Below, in pieces: positions 8,373 through 17,047 of a stretch of DNA of 32,000 nucleotides. The notes below the pieces were generated by a model. The model had not been told where the DNA came from and made no database searches. It saw only the letters and a program-made list of their open reading frames with translations. The stretch comes from Candidatus Saccharimonadota bacterium (lineage in GTDB: Bacteria > Patescibacteriota > Gracilibacteria > UBA1369 > 2-02-FULL-48-14), in the NCBI GenBank assembly GCA_041661045.1, contig JBAZVE010000001.1:1200001-1232000 (forward strand). The letters run 5' to 3'. Within the stretch, counting starts at the first letter, position 1. Each line of letters opens with the position of its first letter. Both the position numbers and the translations under genes were made by a program.

Positions 8373-8996
8373 TTATTTCTCCTTTTGTCCCCACGCCTTA
8401 ACTGTGCATCTTCCTCCTCCTTTTTCTTGGATCCACCTTGCGAGCTCCGTAAGGCCAACACGGTCGGCGCTCATGCCGCCCTGCCCAAATGATGTAAATC
8501 TGATATAACGAGGCCCTTCAATACCTGTAGGTACGACTCTTTCCCCCTCTTTTTTCGCGGTTCGGAAGCTCACTCTAACCCTGTCGGTGCTCTGGGTATG
8601 ATCTCCTCGATAATCCCCTTTTCGTATTGTTTCGAAACGCTGAGGCCACTCAACACTTATCGTAATATCGCCAAACTCAATGGATGCACCTTGGTGACCC
8701 CTTTTATTCAATTCAGTTATCTCGGTCGCCAATCTCATGTAGAGATCTTCAAGTTCTTCTCTTGCTCCTTCTGGATTTGCCCCGAGCGCGCTTTTTATTG
8801 ATGCACTATAATTATCTATATTAAAAGCGAGGGATTCCTCTATTACATCGTCTGTTTCACCATCTAGATCTGGACCCTCTGAATCTCTGGATTCTCCTTC
8901 ATCTACAAATTGGAATTCTTCCGCTTTAGGCGGCTCGCCTTTAGAATTCTCCGACTGACTATACTCAGGATGATCAGGATTTGTTTGAGCTCTCAT
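8373..8996 (-). CDS. Hypothetical protein (207 aa) with a strongly acidic N-terminal ~70 aa
   Basis: The ORF has its own good promoter (see 9025..9053). N-terminal stretches are rich in D and E (EEFQFVDEGESRDSEGPDLDGETDDVIEE). No recognisable domain. Confidence 0.55.
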   Translation of the reverse strand: MRAQTNPDHPEYSQSENSKGEPPKAEEFQFVDEGESRDSEGPDLDGETDDVIEESLAFNIDNYSASIKSALGANPEGAREELEDLYMRLATEITELNKRGHQGASIEFGDITISVEWPQRFETIRKGDYRGDHTQSTDRVRVSFRTAKKEGERVVPTGIEGPRYIRFTSFGQGGMSADRVGLTELARWIQEKGGGRCTVKAWGQKEK

Positions 8997-9024
8997 ATCT
9001 TTTTATTATTTAAGAAATCTTAAT

Positions 9025-9053
9025 ATTTTAGCATATAAAGATACTTTTCACAA
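9025..9053 (-). promoter_or_regulatory. Candidate sigma70-type promoter with extended -10 (TTGTGA-17-TGcTAAAAT)
   Basis: On the minus strand, TTGTGA is at 9053..9048 and TAAAAT at 9030..9025, with a 17-nt spacer. TGC immediately precedes the -10. It lies about 28 nt upstream of the ATG at 8996. Confidence 0.5.
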
Positions 9054-9087
9054 GGTTGATGGCAGAGTTCAATGTCAGCCCATTCCC

Positions 9088-10428
9088 TTAAAGACTCGCC
9101 GCCAATCCAATGTAGCTTTCCGGCGTAAGTTCCATGAGGCGTTTTTTGGCGTCTTTGGGGATGTCCAGAGTTTCGATGAAGGCGGCGATTTTGGCTTGGT
9201 CTACGGTTTCGCCGCGAGTGAGTTCTTTGAGTTGTTCGTAGGCGTTTTGGACACCGTAGCGACGGAGCACGGTTTGGATGGCCTCGGAGAGGAGCGCCCA
9301 GTTTGCATTGAGGTCTTCGCGGAGACGAGCTTCGTTCACTTCAAGCTTGCCAAGTCCTTTGAGGAGGCTTTTGATGGCCAAAAGCGAGTGGCCCAGCGCG
9401 GTTCCAATGTTCCGAAGAACGGTGGAATCGGTCAAATCCCGTTGCATGCGAGAGAGCGGTAATTTTTCGCTGAAATGGGTGAGCAGAGCGTTGGCGAGGC
9501 CCAGATTTCCTTCGGCATTTTCGAAATCGATGGGGTTCACTTTGTGGGGCATGGTGCTGGAACCCACTTCCCCGGCCACCACCTTTTGTTTGAAGTAGCC
9601 CATGGAAATATAAGTCCACACATCACGGCAAAGATCCATTTGAATGGTGTTGATGCGGCGGAGGCAATCAAAGATTTCCGCAAGATTGTCGTGCGGTTCA
9701 ATTTGAGTGGTGTAGCGTTGCCAGGTGAGGCCGAGCCCTTCCACAAAGAGCCTGGAGGTTCCAATCCAATCCACTTCCGGGTAAGCCACGGCGTGCGCGT
9801 TGAAATTTCCCGAAGCTCCGTTGATTTTTCCCAAATATTCCATCTTTTGCAGTTGTTCGAATTGGCGGAAGAGCCGAGCCCCTACATTCTTAAATTCCTT
9901 CCCCACGGTGGTGGGGCTGGCGGGCTGACCGTGCGTATGGGACATCATGGGGACTTTTCGGTGTTCTTCGGAGAGCTTTTTAATCTCCGCAAGGACTTGT
10001 TCCAGATTTGGAATGAGCACGGTTTGAACCGCTCCCTTCAACATTTGCGCGTAAGCCAGGTTATTGATGTCTTCGGAAGTGCAGGCGAAATGGATGAAAG
10101 GGATCAAATCACTTCGACCCAGCACTCCAACGGCTTTTTGCAAAAAATATTCCACCGCTTTTACATCGTGATTGGTTGTTTTTTCAATCTCTTTGATCTC
10201 CTCCGCAAAGGATTCCTGAAAATCCGTGTAGAGTTTTCGCAGGGCGTCTCGCTCTTTTTCTTGTAAGGGGCTTGTTCCTTCCAACTTGAGGACATTGCAC
10301 AAATGGATCAGCCATTCCACCTCCACTGCGATTCGGCTGCGGACAAGCCCGGATTCCGAGAAAAATCGTGCGAGTTCCCCAACTTTTGGAGCGTACCGAC
10401 CGTCGAGGGGAGAGAGGGAGTTGATCAT
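9088..10428 (-). CDS. purB: Adenylosuccinate lyase
   Basis: 446 aa. It starts LSPLDGRY and carries the fumarate-lyase signature SSTMPHKVNP. It is full length relative to the PurB family. Confidence 0.95.
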   Translation of the reverse strand: MINSLSPLDGRYAPKVGELARFFSESGLVRSRIAVEVEWLIHLCNVLKLEGTSPLQEKERDALRKLYTDFQESFAEEIKEIEKTTNHDVKAVEYFLQKAVGVLGRSDLIPFIHFACTSEDINNLAYAQMLKGAVQTVLIPNLEQVLAEIKKLSEEHRKVPMMSHTHGQPASPTTVGKEFKNVGARLFRQFEQLQKMEYLGKINGASGNFNAHAVAYPEVDWIGTSRLFVEGLGLTWQRYTTQIEPHDNLAEIFDCLRRINTIQMDLCRDVWTYISMGYFKQKVVAGEVGSSTMPHKVNPIDFENAEGNLGLANALLTHFSEKLPLSRMQRDLTDSTVLRNIGTALGHSLLAIKSLLKGLGKLEVNEARLREDLNANWALLSEAIQTVLRRYGVQNAYEQLKELTRGETVDQAKIAAFIETLDIPKDAKKRLMELTPESYIGLAASL

Positions 10429-10481
10429 AATATAATATTGATGCAGCTTACGCTGCGTTATTGCTTAGCTTGCGCTTCGCT

Positions 10482-10952
10482 TCAGCTTGTTATTGGCTTA
10501 GTATCGAAGGAATTTTGCACTACTTTGATGTGGTTTTTAACTTTTTTGGCGAGGTCTTTGTCGGTGAGGGCCAGAATGCGCACCACGGCTTGGGCTGCAT
10601 TTTTGGGGTCCACCACCGTGAGAGAGGGGGTTTCGCCTGGCATCTGCAAGGTGGAGTGAATATTGGCCAAATAGTCCGCGTGATCTTTAAATGGAGGACA
10701 AGCCACCACTGGAAAATGCGTGTTGGCAGAGACGAGTCCGCTTAGAGCGTTGGAGCGACCCGCAATGGTCACGAAGACAACGGATTCTTTTTTTTCGTTG
10801 AACTTTTTAATGATTTCCAATGTTTTTTCGGGGACCTTGTGTGCGGAGGCCACATAAATTTCGTGCTTTACTCCATAATCGCTCAAGACCTTTGCAATAA
10901 CTTTGGCATGATCGAGGTCAACGCTGGAACCGAGGATGAAGGGGACAATCAT
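10482..10952 (-). CDS. purE: PurE; motifs resemble class II (AIR carboxylase type)
   Basis: 156 aa. It contains GSSVD, SAHKVPE and AGRSNALSG. Class I PurE has SAHRTP and AGGAAHLPG, whereas class II (metazoan PAICS, Treponema denticola) has SAHK and AGRSNGLG. The start overlaps the purC stop (ATGA). Confidence 0.85.
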   Translation of the reverse strand: MIVPFILGSSVDLDHAKVIAKVLSDYGVKHEIYVASAHKVPEKTLEIIKKFNEKKESVVFVTIAGRSNALSGLVSANTHFPVVACPPFKDHADYLANIHSTLQMPGETPSLTVVDPKNAAQAVVRILALTDKDLAKKVKNHIKVVQNSFDTKPITS

Positions 10953-11917
10953 ATGCTGTAGTTTTTAAGGTTAGCTTCAATGCGTGAGAGCGGTTCTCCC
11001 GGATGGCCCACAAAGGCTTGCCCGGTGATCATTTCATACGCCTGAATGTATTTTTCAGCCGTTTCCACAATAACATCTTCCGGAATCTTTGGCACTTCTC
11101 CTTCCCCACGATAATCTTGATTCGCGAGCCAGAGGCGCAAGAATTCTTTGTTGATGTTGTCCGGCTCCTGCCCCGCCGCCATTTTTGCTTCGTAGGTTTC
11201 GGCGATCCAGAAACGGGAAGAGTCCGGCGTGTGGATTTCATCAATCACCACGATTTTTCCATCCGGATCGCGGCCAAATTCGTATTTGGTGTCCACCAGG
11301 ATCACTCCTTGGCGTGCCGCAATTTCCACCCCACGCATGTAGAGGCCCAAAGCATAGTGAGAGAGTTGTTGCCATTCTTCCATGGTCACGAGTCCCCGTT
11401 CCACTGCTTCAATTCCACTGAGGTTCGCATCGTGCTCCCCGTGCGCCGCTTTGGTGGTGGGCGTGAGGATGGGTTCCGGCAGTCGTTGATTTTTCTTGAG
11501 TCCGTCCGGCAGTGTATTTCCACAAAAATTACGGACGCCTTTTTCGTAATTGTACCAAGCGGAGGTGGTGGTGGAACCGGTGATGTACCCGCGCACAATC
11601 ATCTCGAGCATGATGGGCTTGCACTCCTTCCCCACAATCACATTGGGGTCGGGGTAGGATTCAATATAGTTTGGGCAAATGTCTTTGGTGTTTTCAAACC
11701 AAAACTGTGTCATGGCGTTGAGCACTTCTCCTTTGAATGGGATGAGCGCAATGATGCGATCGAAAGCCGAAAGCCGGTCGGTGGTGATGAGAATTCGACG
11801 ATTGCCTTGCGTGTAATTGTCACGAACTTTTCCTTCGTAATAAGTTCCAAGGTTCGTGAAATTCGTGCCTTTCAGAACGAGCGGGATCTGAGAGGCAATG
11901 GTGGCTCGGTCCATCAT
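10949..11917 (-). CDS. purC: Phosphoribosylaminoimidazole-succinocarboxamide (SAICAR) synthase, long form
   Basis: 322 aa. It contains GKVRD, TDRLSAFD, LVDTKYEFG and IDEIHTPDSSRFW, which are typical SAICAR synthetase motifs. Confidence 0.9.
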   Translation of the reverse strand: MMDRATIASQIPLVLKGTNFTNLGTYYEGKVRDNYTQGNRRILITTDRLSAFDRIIALIPFKGEVLNAMTQFWFENTKDICPNYIESYPDPNVIVGKECKPIMLEMIVRGYITGSTTTSAWYNYEKGVRNFCGNTLPDGLKKNQRLPEPILTPTTKAAHGEHDANLSGIEAVERGLVTMEEWQQLSHYALGLYMRGVEIAARQGVILVDTKYEFGRDPDGKIVVIDEIHTPDSSRFWIAETYEAKMAAGQEPDNINKEFLRLWLANQDYRGEGEVPKIPEDVIVETAEKYIQAYEMITGQAFVGHPGEPLSRIEANLKNYSI

Positions 11918-11985
11918 CGTGATTTGGTTAAGGGTATTTGTATTTTAAGGATGATGGGGGAAAGGGGCAAGAGGAGATGTCTCCT

Positions 11986-12786
11986 TTAATTGCTCTCTCC
12001 ATCGTCCGGAGTCCCTTCACTTGTCACCCTTGCCACCGTATCTGCAATGGTTGCGTCAATGGCTCTCTGACCGATTTCAGCCTTCTCAGCGCGGTAAGTC
12101 TCCAGAAGGGCTAAGATATTTGTGTGAATAGTACTATAACTCTCGAGTGCTTCCTGAGTTGCATCCTCCGCTTTATTAAGGGTAGACTCTCGTCTCACCA
12201 AGCTTGCCTCCGCTTCCTCTAATGCTGTTTGTGTCACAGGGTTAAGCGTTTCATTTGGCTTCACGCGTTGAGCTAATTTTTCTCCGAAACGAGTAATGTT
12301 CCAATCTAAACTTTTATCTACGAAATAAGCTTTTACTTTGGCTCTGTGGGTTTTCAATTCTTCCAGAGCCCTTCTTGCTCGTAACAAAATCGTAAGTTCT
12401 TCACTCAACATCTGGATCTTTGCAGGCAGTGTTTCTGTTCCCGAAGGAAGTTCTCCTATCTTTTCAAACTTTTCTGACCAATCGGCCATGGCTGCGTCCA
12501 ATTCATCGCTGCATCTTTTGATGTCAGGATAGGGACTAGGAACACCCACCCGCGCCTCATCCAGTTTAACACGAGCCTGGAGTTCTGCCTCACTGGCTTG
12601 AGGGCGCAGGCCCCATGCACTCATCGCACCATCCAATTTAAAGGCTACATCGGCATCCACCAATTCATCACTTTCCTCAAAAATGCTCACTGCCTCTAGG
12701 ACAGAGGCCCGATTTGTCTCATTTTGGAGCAGGTCCATAATCCTTTGGCCGAGTGAATTTGGTTCTTCTCTGGGTGCGTTACTCAT
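11986..12786 (-). CDS. Hypothetical protein (266 aa), predicted largely helical or coiled-coil
   Basis: The ORF is preceded by a near-perfect consensus promoter (12810..12838). The sequence is rich in E, A, L and K. No recognised motif. Confidence 0.55.
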   Translation of the reverse strand: MSNAPREEPNSLGQRIMDLLQNETNRASVLEAVSIFEESDELVDADVAFKLDGAMSAWGLRPQASEAELQARVKLDEARVGVPSPYPDIKRCSDELDAAMADWSEKFEKIGELPSGTETLPAKIQMLSEELTILLRARRALEELKTHRAKVKAYFVDKSLDWNITRFGEKLAQRVKPNETLNPVTQTALEEAEASLVRRESTLNKAEDATQEALESYSTIHTNILALLETYRAEKAEIGQRAIDATIADTVARVTSEGTPDDGESN

Positions 12787-12809
12787 AAATCAATAGGTTA
12801 ATTGAGTTG

Positions 12810-12838
12810 ATTATAACTTAATTTATCGATTTAGTCAA
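12810..12838 (-). promoter_or_regulatory. Near-consensus sigma70 promoter (TTGACT-17-TATAAT)
   Basis: On the minus strand, TTGACT is at 12838..12833 and TATAAT at 12815..12810, with a 17-nt spacer. The ATG at 12786 implies a leader of about 17 nt. Confidence 0.6.
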
Positions 12839-12910
12839 TCCGTGGGCTTTAGCCAATTAAGCTACAGCCCCATAGTACCATGGCTAGCGTTGTTACAAGC
12901 TCAACAACAC

Positions 12911-13165
12911 CTATCCTTTAAGAGCTCCTTCCTCCGTTAAGAGTTGTTTTTTGAGGGCGGCGCCACGGTTGTATTCGCCCAAGGCTCCGTCGCTGCGAAT
13001 GACGCGGTGGCACGGGATTTTGGGGTCGTAGTTTTGCTTAAGGAGTGTGCCGACTGCACGAGCGGCACCGGGATGTCCGGCCAGGGCAGCCACTTCTTTG
13101 TAGCTTCGCACCTCTCCTTTGGGGATCTTTTGTACCACGGCAAAAACTTGTTCCCTAAAATCCAT
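12911..13165 (-). CDS. MGMT-family protein (O6-alkylguanine DNA alkyltransferase DNA-binding/active-site domain only)
   Basis: 84 aa. It has the active-site motif IPCHRVI and a preceding helix-turn-helix region (SYKEVAALAGHPGAARAVG). There is no N-terminal domain. Confidence 0.85.
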   Translation of the reverse strand: MDFREQVFAVVQKIPKGEVRSYKEVAALAGHPGAARAVGTLLKQNYDPKIPCHRVIRSDGALGEYNRGAALKKQLLTEEGALKG

Positions 13166-13190
13166 GCGCCCAGTTTAACGCAAAGAAACT

Positions 13191-13784
13191 TTAAATACGA
13201 ATGAATTGATCTTTTGCGGCTTGATATTCTTTTGTGAACTTTGGCAAATCCTCCTTATAATAAACCTGCAAAAGCTGATCCATTTCTTTCTCTAAACCGG
13301 CATCGGCCTTCACCAAAAGCTTGATGAATGTTTTGTTTTGAGGATTTTGATCCAAAATTTCGTGGCAAGCCTTTACTGCATTTTCGTAGTCATTTTTCTG
13401 TAGCATTACGGTGATTTGCTTTTCGGCTTCGGTGAAATAGGCCTCAATCTCTTCTTTTTTACCCTCTTGAATTTTTTCTTGGACTTTTTGAAGGCGGTTT
13501 TGGAGGCTGCGGGAGCTCGGCAAAATGCTGAGCAGTCTCTGGTAAACGGCGGCCAAGGCGGCGTAATCCTTTTTTTCTATGAGTTGGGCCACAATCTGAG
13601 AATCCAGCTTGTTCTTAACATATTCCTCTTGAGCTTCATGCAAAAATTGGAGGAATCTGCTCTCCTCCGGAAACTGGAGTAAAGCTTGCTGAGCGCTCAA
13701 AAGCAGTGCGTCGAAGTTCTTTTCGGACTTCAGTCGTTTCAGCGTCTTCAGGGTTTCGGCAATTTTGGGGTTCTGCGTGGCCAT
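13191..13784 (-). CDS. Hypothetical helical-repeat protein (197 aa)
   Basis: The ORF has TPR-like helical periodicity (for example DYENAVKACHEILDQNPQN). TATAAT lies 6 nt upstream of the ATG. Confidence 0.5.
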   Translation of the reverse strand: MATQNPKIAETLKTLKRLKSEKNFDALLLSAQQALLQFPEESRFLQFLHEAQEEYVKNKLDSQIVAQLIEKKDYAALAAVYQRLLSILPSSRSLQNRLQKVQEKIQEGKKEEIEAYFTEAEKQITVMLQKNDYENAVKACHEILDQNPQNKTFIKLLVKADAGLEKEMDQLLQVYYKEDLPKFTKEYQAAKDQFIRI

Positions 13785-13790
13785 CCCCTC

Positions 13791-13819
13791 ATTATACCCT
13801 AAATCAGACTATTTTCCAA
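13791..13819 (-). promoter_or_regulatory. Candidate promoter (TTGGAA-17-TATAAT) abutting the start codon at 13784
   Basis: On the minus strand, TTGGAA is at 13819..13814 (inside the valS 3' end) and TATAAT at 13796..13791, with a 17-nt spacer. Only 6 nt separate the -10 from the ATG. Confidence 0.45.
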
Positions 13820-16454
13820 GGTCTAGGAGCTGCTTTTTCAGTTTTTCCATTTTTTGCTGCGTTTCCTCCATCTTCCCCTTTTCTTTCTTTATGATTTCTT
13901 CGGGCGCGTTTTGGACAAAGGCTTTATTGGAAAGTTTTTTCTCGAGTGAAGTGAGGTAGTTTTCGAGTTCGGTGAGCTCTTTGGCGAGTCGTTTCTTTTC
14001 CGCCTCAAAATCGATGAGGTCCGCGAGTGGAAGGAAAATTTCAATGTCGCCCACAAAGGAGCTGAGGGCTTTGTCGATTTTTTTGCCATTTTCGTAAATA
14101 TCGAGCTGCCCAAGGTTGGCCAAGCGTTTAATGACTTCGGCTTTGTCTTGAATGAGCGCGGTGTCCTCATGCGCAATGATGATGGCGTGAATTTTTTTAG
14201 CCGCCTCCACTCCCCCCTCTGCCCGCAGCACGCGGATGCCGGCGATGGTGTCCATGATGCGACCCATTTCGTCCGCCTCGGAAGGAAAATCAAAAGCGGG
14301 ATTGGGCTTGGGCCAGTCGGCCGTCATGAGCATGGAGCTGGGTTCACCTTCGGCCATTGCTTGCCAGATTGCTTCCGTCACAAAAGGCATGAAGGGATGC
14401 ATGAGCGTGAGGCTGGTTGTGAGCACATGTTTGAGCACTGCCGGATTTTTGAGGACTTTGCTGATTTCCAAATACCAATCGCAATATTCCCCCCAAAAGA
14501 AGTCGTAGACGGTGAGTCCGGCCTCGGACAGTTGGTAGTTTTCGAGCTCCCTCGTCACTTTTTCAATGATTTCATTGAGGCGTGTGAGAATCCACTTGTC
14601 GGCACGGGAGAGTTTTTTGGGGTCGATTTCATCGGAAGAAAGGTCGAGGTCTGCCGAGGACATCATCACGAATCTGGATCCGTTCCAAATTTTATTCACA
14701 AAGTTGCGGTAGCCGGCGATTTTTTCCTCGTAAAGGCGCATGTCGTTTCCGGGCGTTCCGCCAATCACCAAACTGAGACGAATGGCATCCGTTCCGTATT
14801 TTTCAATCATGTCGAGCGGGTCGATGCAGGTTTCCGGGTTGGATTTGCTCATCTTTTTTCCACGAATGTCACGGATGAGGCCATGCAAATACACATCCTT
14901 AAAAGGAATGGATTTTTCTTCGGAGAAGCCGGTTTTGCGTAGAGCGTAAGTGGAGCCTATGATCATGCGGGCCACCCAGAAAAAGAGAATGTCGTAACCC
15001 GTTTCCAAACAGTTGCTGGGGGTGAAGCGCATGAGATCTGGCGTTTTTTCCGGCCAACCGAGCGTAGAAAAAGTCCAGAGTTGTGAGCTGAACCAGGTGT
15101 CCAGCGTGTCTTCGTCTTGAGTCCATTCGGCCCCGGGAGTTTCAGCTTGAACTCTTATTTCGTCGCCCTTGTACCAAACCGGAATACGGTGGCCCCACCA
15201 AATTTGGCGAGAGATGCACCAATCGCGGAGGTTATCGATCCAATGGAAATAAATTTTATCAAAACGGTCCGGCACAATGCGGATCATTCCACTGCGCACC
15301 GTGTCTTGAAGTACTTCTTTGATGCTGCATTGTTTACCTTTCCAGTCCACCACGGGCTTGTTCACATCTACAAACCATTGTTTCATGATTTGAGGCTCCA
15401 CAATGCCTTTTCCACGGTAGCTCACGGCCACATTGTGTACATAATCTTCTTGAATGTTCACGAGCAAGCCCTTCTCTTTGAGTTTTTCTACGATCTTGGG
15501 GCGAGCTTTTTGAATGGGCATTCCGGCGAATTCTCCCGCAATGTCGAGGAGGCATCCGTCCAGACCAATCACCTGTTCTTTATCCAAGTTGTGGCGCTGG
15601 GCAATGTCGAAATCGGTGGCATCGTGCCAGGGTGTGATGGTCATTACTCCGGTTCCAAACTCAGGATCCACCGCTTCGTCCTTAATCACGGTCGCTTTCA
15701 CGGGTCCGTTGATCCATTCCGCTTCGAAGGTATCGCCGTGTTTGTATTTTTTGTACCGTTTGTCGTCCGGGTGCATTACCACCACTTTGTCGCCAAACTT
15801 GGTTTCCGGGCGAGCGGTGGAGATTTGGAAAGGCCCATATTGAAAAGTATAAAACTGGACTTTTTCCTCCACATATTCCAGTTCGTCGTCCGCCACGGTG
15901 GTTTGCATTTTGGGGTCCCAATTCACAATGCGGCCTCCGCGGTAGATCAAACCGTCCTCATACATCATGCGGAAAAGTTCGTTCACGGCCGTGTTCATGT
16001 CCTCACTAAAAGTGTAGCGTTCACGGCTCCAGTCACAGCTGGTTCCCATTTTTCGAATCTGATTGCGGATGGTTCCCTTACTCACTTCCACAAATTTACG
16101 GATTTCTTCCAATAAACCTTCCCTTCCGAGCTCCTGGCGAGGATTTTTCATTCCACTTTCTTGAAGTTTTTTCTCCACCACACTTTGCGTGGCGATGGCG
16201 GCATGATCCGTTCCGGGCAGGTACAACGCCGCAAAACCTTGCATCCGTTTAAAACGCACCAAAATATCCTCAATGGCCAGCATGGTGGCGTGTCCAAGGT
16301 GCAGGGTTCCCGTGGCGTTGGGGGGCGGCATCATGATGGAGTATGGCGGTTTTTTTGGATCTGGATCCGGTGCAAAAGCGCCCGACTCTTCCCACATTTT
16401 GTAAAGAGCATCTTCGTGATCTTTGGCCGAATAGGTTTTTTCAATTTCTTTCAT
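13809..16454 (-). CDS. valS: Valyl-tRNA synthetase
   Basis: The HIGH motif (PPPNATGTLHLGH), the KMSKS motif and a C-terminal coiled coil are present. Track ORF 13809..16682 is trimmed to the ATG at 16454 (MKEIEKTYSAKDHEDALY...), because the 76 upstream residues are not ValRS-like. The product is 881 aa. Confidence 0.95.
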   Translation of the reverse strand: MKEIEKTYSAKDHEDALYKMWEESGAFAPDPDPKKPPYSIMMPPPNATGTLHLGHATMLAIEDILVRFKRMQGFAALYLPGTDHAAIATQSVVEKKLQESGMKNPRQELGREGLLEEIRKFVEVSKGTIRNQIRKMGTSCDWSRERYTFSEDMNTAVNELFRMMYEDGLIYRGGRIVNWDPKMQTTVADDELEYVEEKVQFYTFQYGPFQISTARPETKFGDKVVVMHPDDKRYKKYKHGDTFEAEWINGPVKATVIKDEAVDPEFGTGVMTITPWHDATDFDIAQRHNLDKEQVIGLDGCLLDIAGEFAGMPIQKARPKIVEKLKEKGLLVNIQEDYVHNVAVSYRGKGIVEPQIMKQWFVDVNKPVVDWKGKQCSIKEVLQDTVRSGMIRIVPDRFDKIYFHWIDNLRDWCISRQIWWGHRIPVWYKGDEIRVQAETPGAEWTQDEDTLDTWFSSQLWTFSTLGWPEKTPDLMRFTPSNCLETGYDILFFWVARMIIGSTYALRKTGFSEEKSIPFKDVYLHGLIRDIRGKKMSKSNPETCIDPLDMIEKYGTDAIRLSLVIGGTPGNDMRLYEEKIAGYRNFVNKIWNGSRFVMMSSADLDLSSDEIDPKKLSRADKWILTRLNEIIEKVTRELENYQLSEAGLTVYDFFWGEYCDWYLEISKVLKNPAVLKHVLTTSLTLMHPFMPFVTEAIWQAMAEGEPSSMLMTADWPKPNPAFDFPSEADEMGRIMDTIAGIRVLRAEGGVEAAKKIHAIIIAHEDTALIQDKAEVIKRLANLGQLDIYENGKKIDKALSSFVGDIEIFLPLADLIDFEAEKKRLAKELTELENYLTSLEKKLSNKAFVQNAPEEIIKKEKGKMEETQQKMEKLKKQLLDLGK

Positions 16455-16476
16455 GGCTCTAAATAAACCACACCTG

Positions 16477-16506
16477 TAGACGAGAGACAAGAAAATAGTG
16501 TATAAT
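16477..16506 (+). promoter_or_regulatory. Candidate promoter (TAGACG-18-TATAAT) for ORF 16515
   Basis: TATAAT is at 16501..16506, 8 nt before the ATG at 16515. A weak -35, TAGACG, is at 16477..16482. Confidence 0.4.
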
Positions 16507-16514
16507 GCAAGTGT

Positions 16515-17018
16515 ATGGATCCATTTAAAAATCCAAAATCGGAGGCGGAAGAAAAACTCAGTAACCCTGAGGTGCTTGAGGCAACGGAGATGACGGATAG
16601 CGCTTTGGATGAGGAATCTGGATTGATTTCCGGAGAAGTGAGTGAAATCGCCAAAGATGGTGCTTCTGAAAATAAGGCTCACGGACAGGGCTCAAAGGGA
16701 GATGATGACACCTCCAATGTCCAAAAGGAGAAGAAACATTTGGAAGAGATGGGAGACCGTATGGCACTCCGCGAACGATTGCTGGCCGCCGCTCCTAAAG
16801 AATCCGCGATGCGCAGTGAGGTGAAGCAAGTGCTCTTGCAGAAAAAAGCCTCTCTTGAATCTGATGTGAAGAAATATTCCCGCAAGCAAAATTATCGACT
16901 CTTAAGTGATGCCGTGGCTCAACTGAGATTGGTGGTTCACCAACTTCAAGAAATTGCCGAGGCGAGCTACGAAGCCTTGAAGGAGGTTTGGCTGAAGGTG
17001 GTACACAAGTTCGCTTAG
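16515..17018 (+). CDS. Hypothetical protein (167 aa): acidic N-terminal half, helical C-terminal half
   Basis: The ORF is divergent from valS. No recognised motif. Confidence 0.5.
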   Translation: MDPFKNPKSEAEEKLSNPEVLEATEMTDSALDEESGLISGEVSEIAKDGASENKAHGQGSKGDDDTSNVQKEKKHLEEMGDRMALRERLLAAAPKESAMRSEVKQVLLQKKASLESDVKKYSRKQNYRLLSDAVAQLRLVVHQLQEIAEASYEALKEVWLKVVHKFA

Positions 17019-17030
17019 AACAGGAACAGA

Positions 17031-17045
17031 CTCGGCTCCGCCGAG
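17031..17045. terminator. Short GC hairpin between convergent genes (possible bidirectional terminator)
   Basis: CTCGGC-tcc-GCCGAG, a 6-bp stem with a 3-nt loop. It sits between the 16515..17018 (+) and 17048..17377 (-) genes. There is no clear U-tract on either side. Confidence 0.3.
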
Positions 17046-17047
17046 GA

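Noticed and set aside
11918-11985. A possible purine or ZTP riboswitch upstream of the purC-purE-purB cluster, and T-box leaders upstream of valS and aspS.
   Set aside because: The leaders are too short (under 70 nt and about 20-60 nt respectively). They lack the conserved riboswitch or T-box core sequences that I can recognise.
12839-12910. Hairpins downstream of the MGMT gene, considered as a terminator or small RNA. They are GTTGTT-acaagctc-AACAAC at 12889..12908 and a bulged GCTACAGCC/GGCTAGC pair.
   Set aside because: The stems are weak and AT-containing, with no U-tract and no promoter signal of their own.
16455-16682. A 76-codon N-terminal extension of valS in the ORF track (start at 16682).
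   Set aside because: The extension (MSLIFRSTIFGDFTHF...) is not ValRS-like. It also runs through the divergent promoter region and the 5' end of the plus-strand ORF at 16515. The ValRS homology begins at MKEIEKTY (ATG at 16454).
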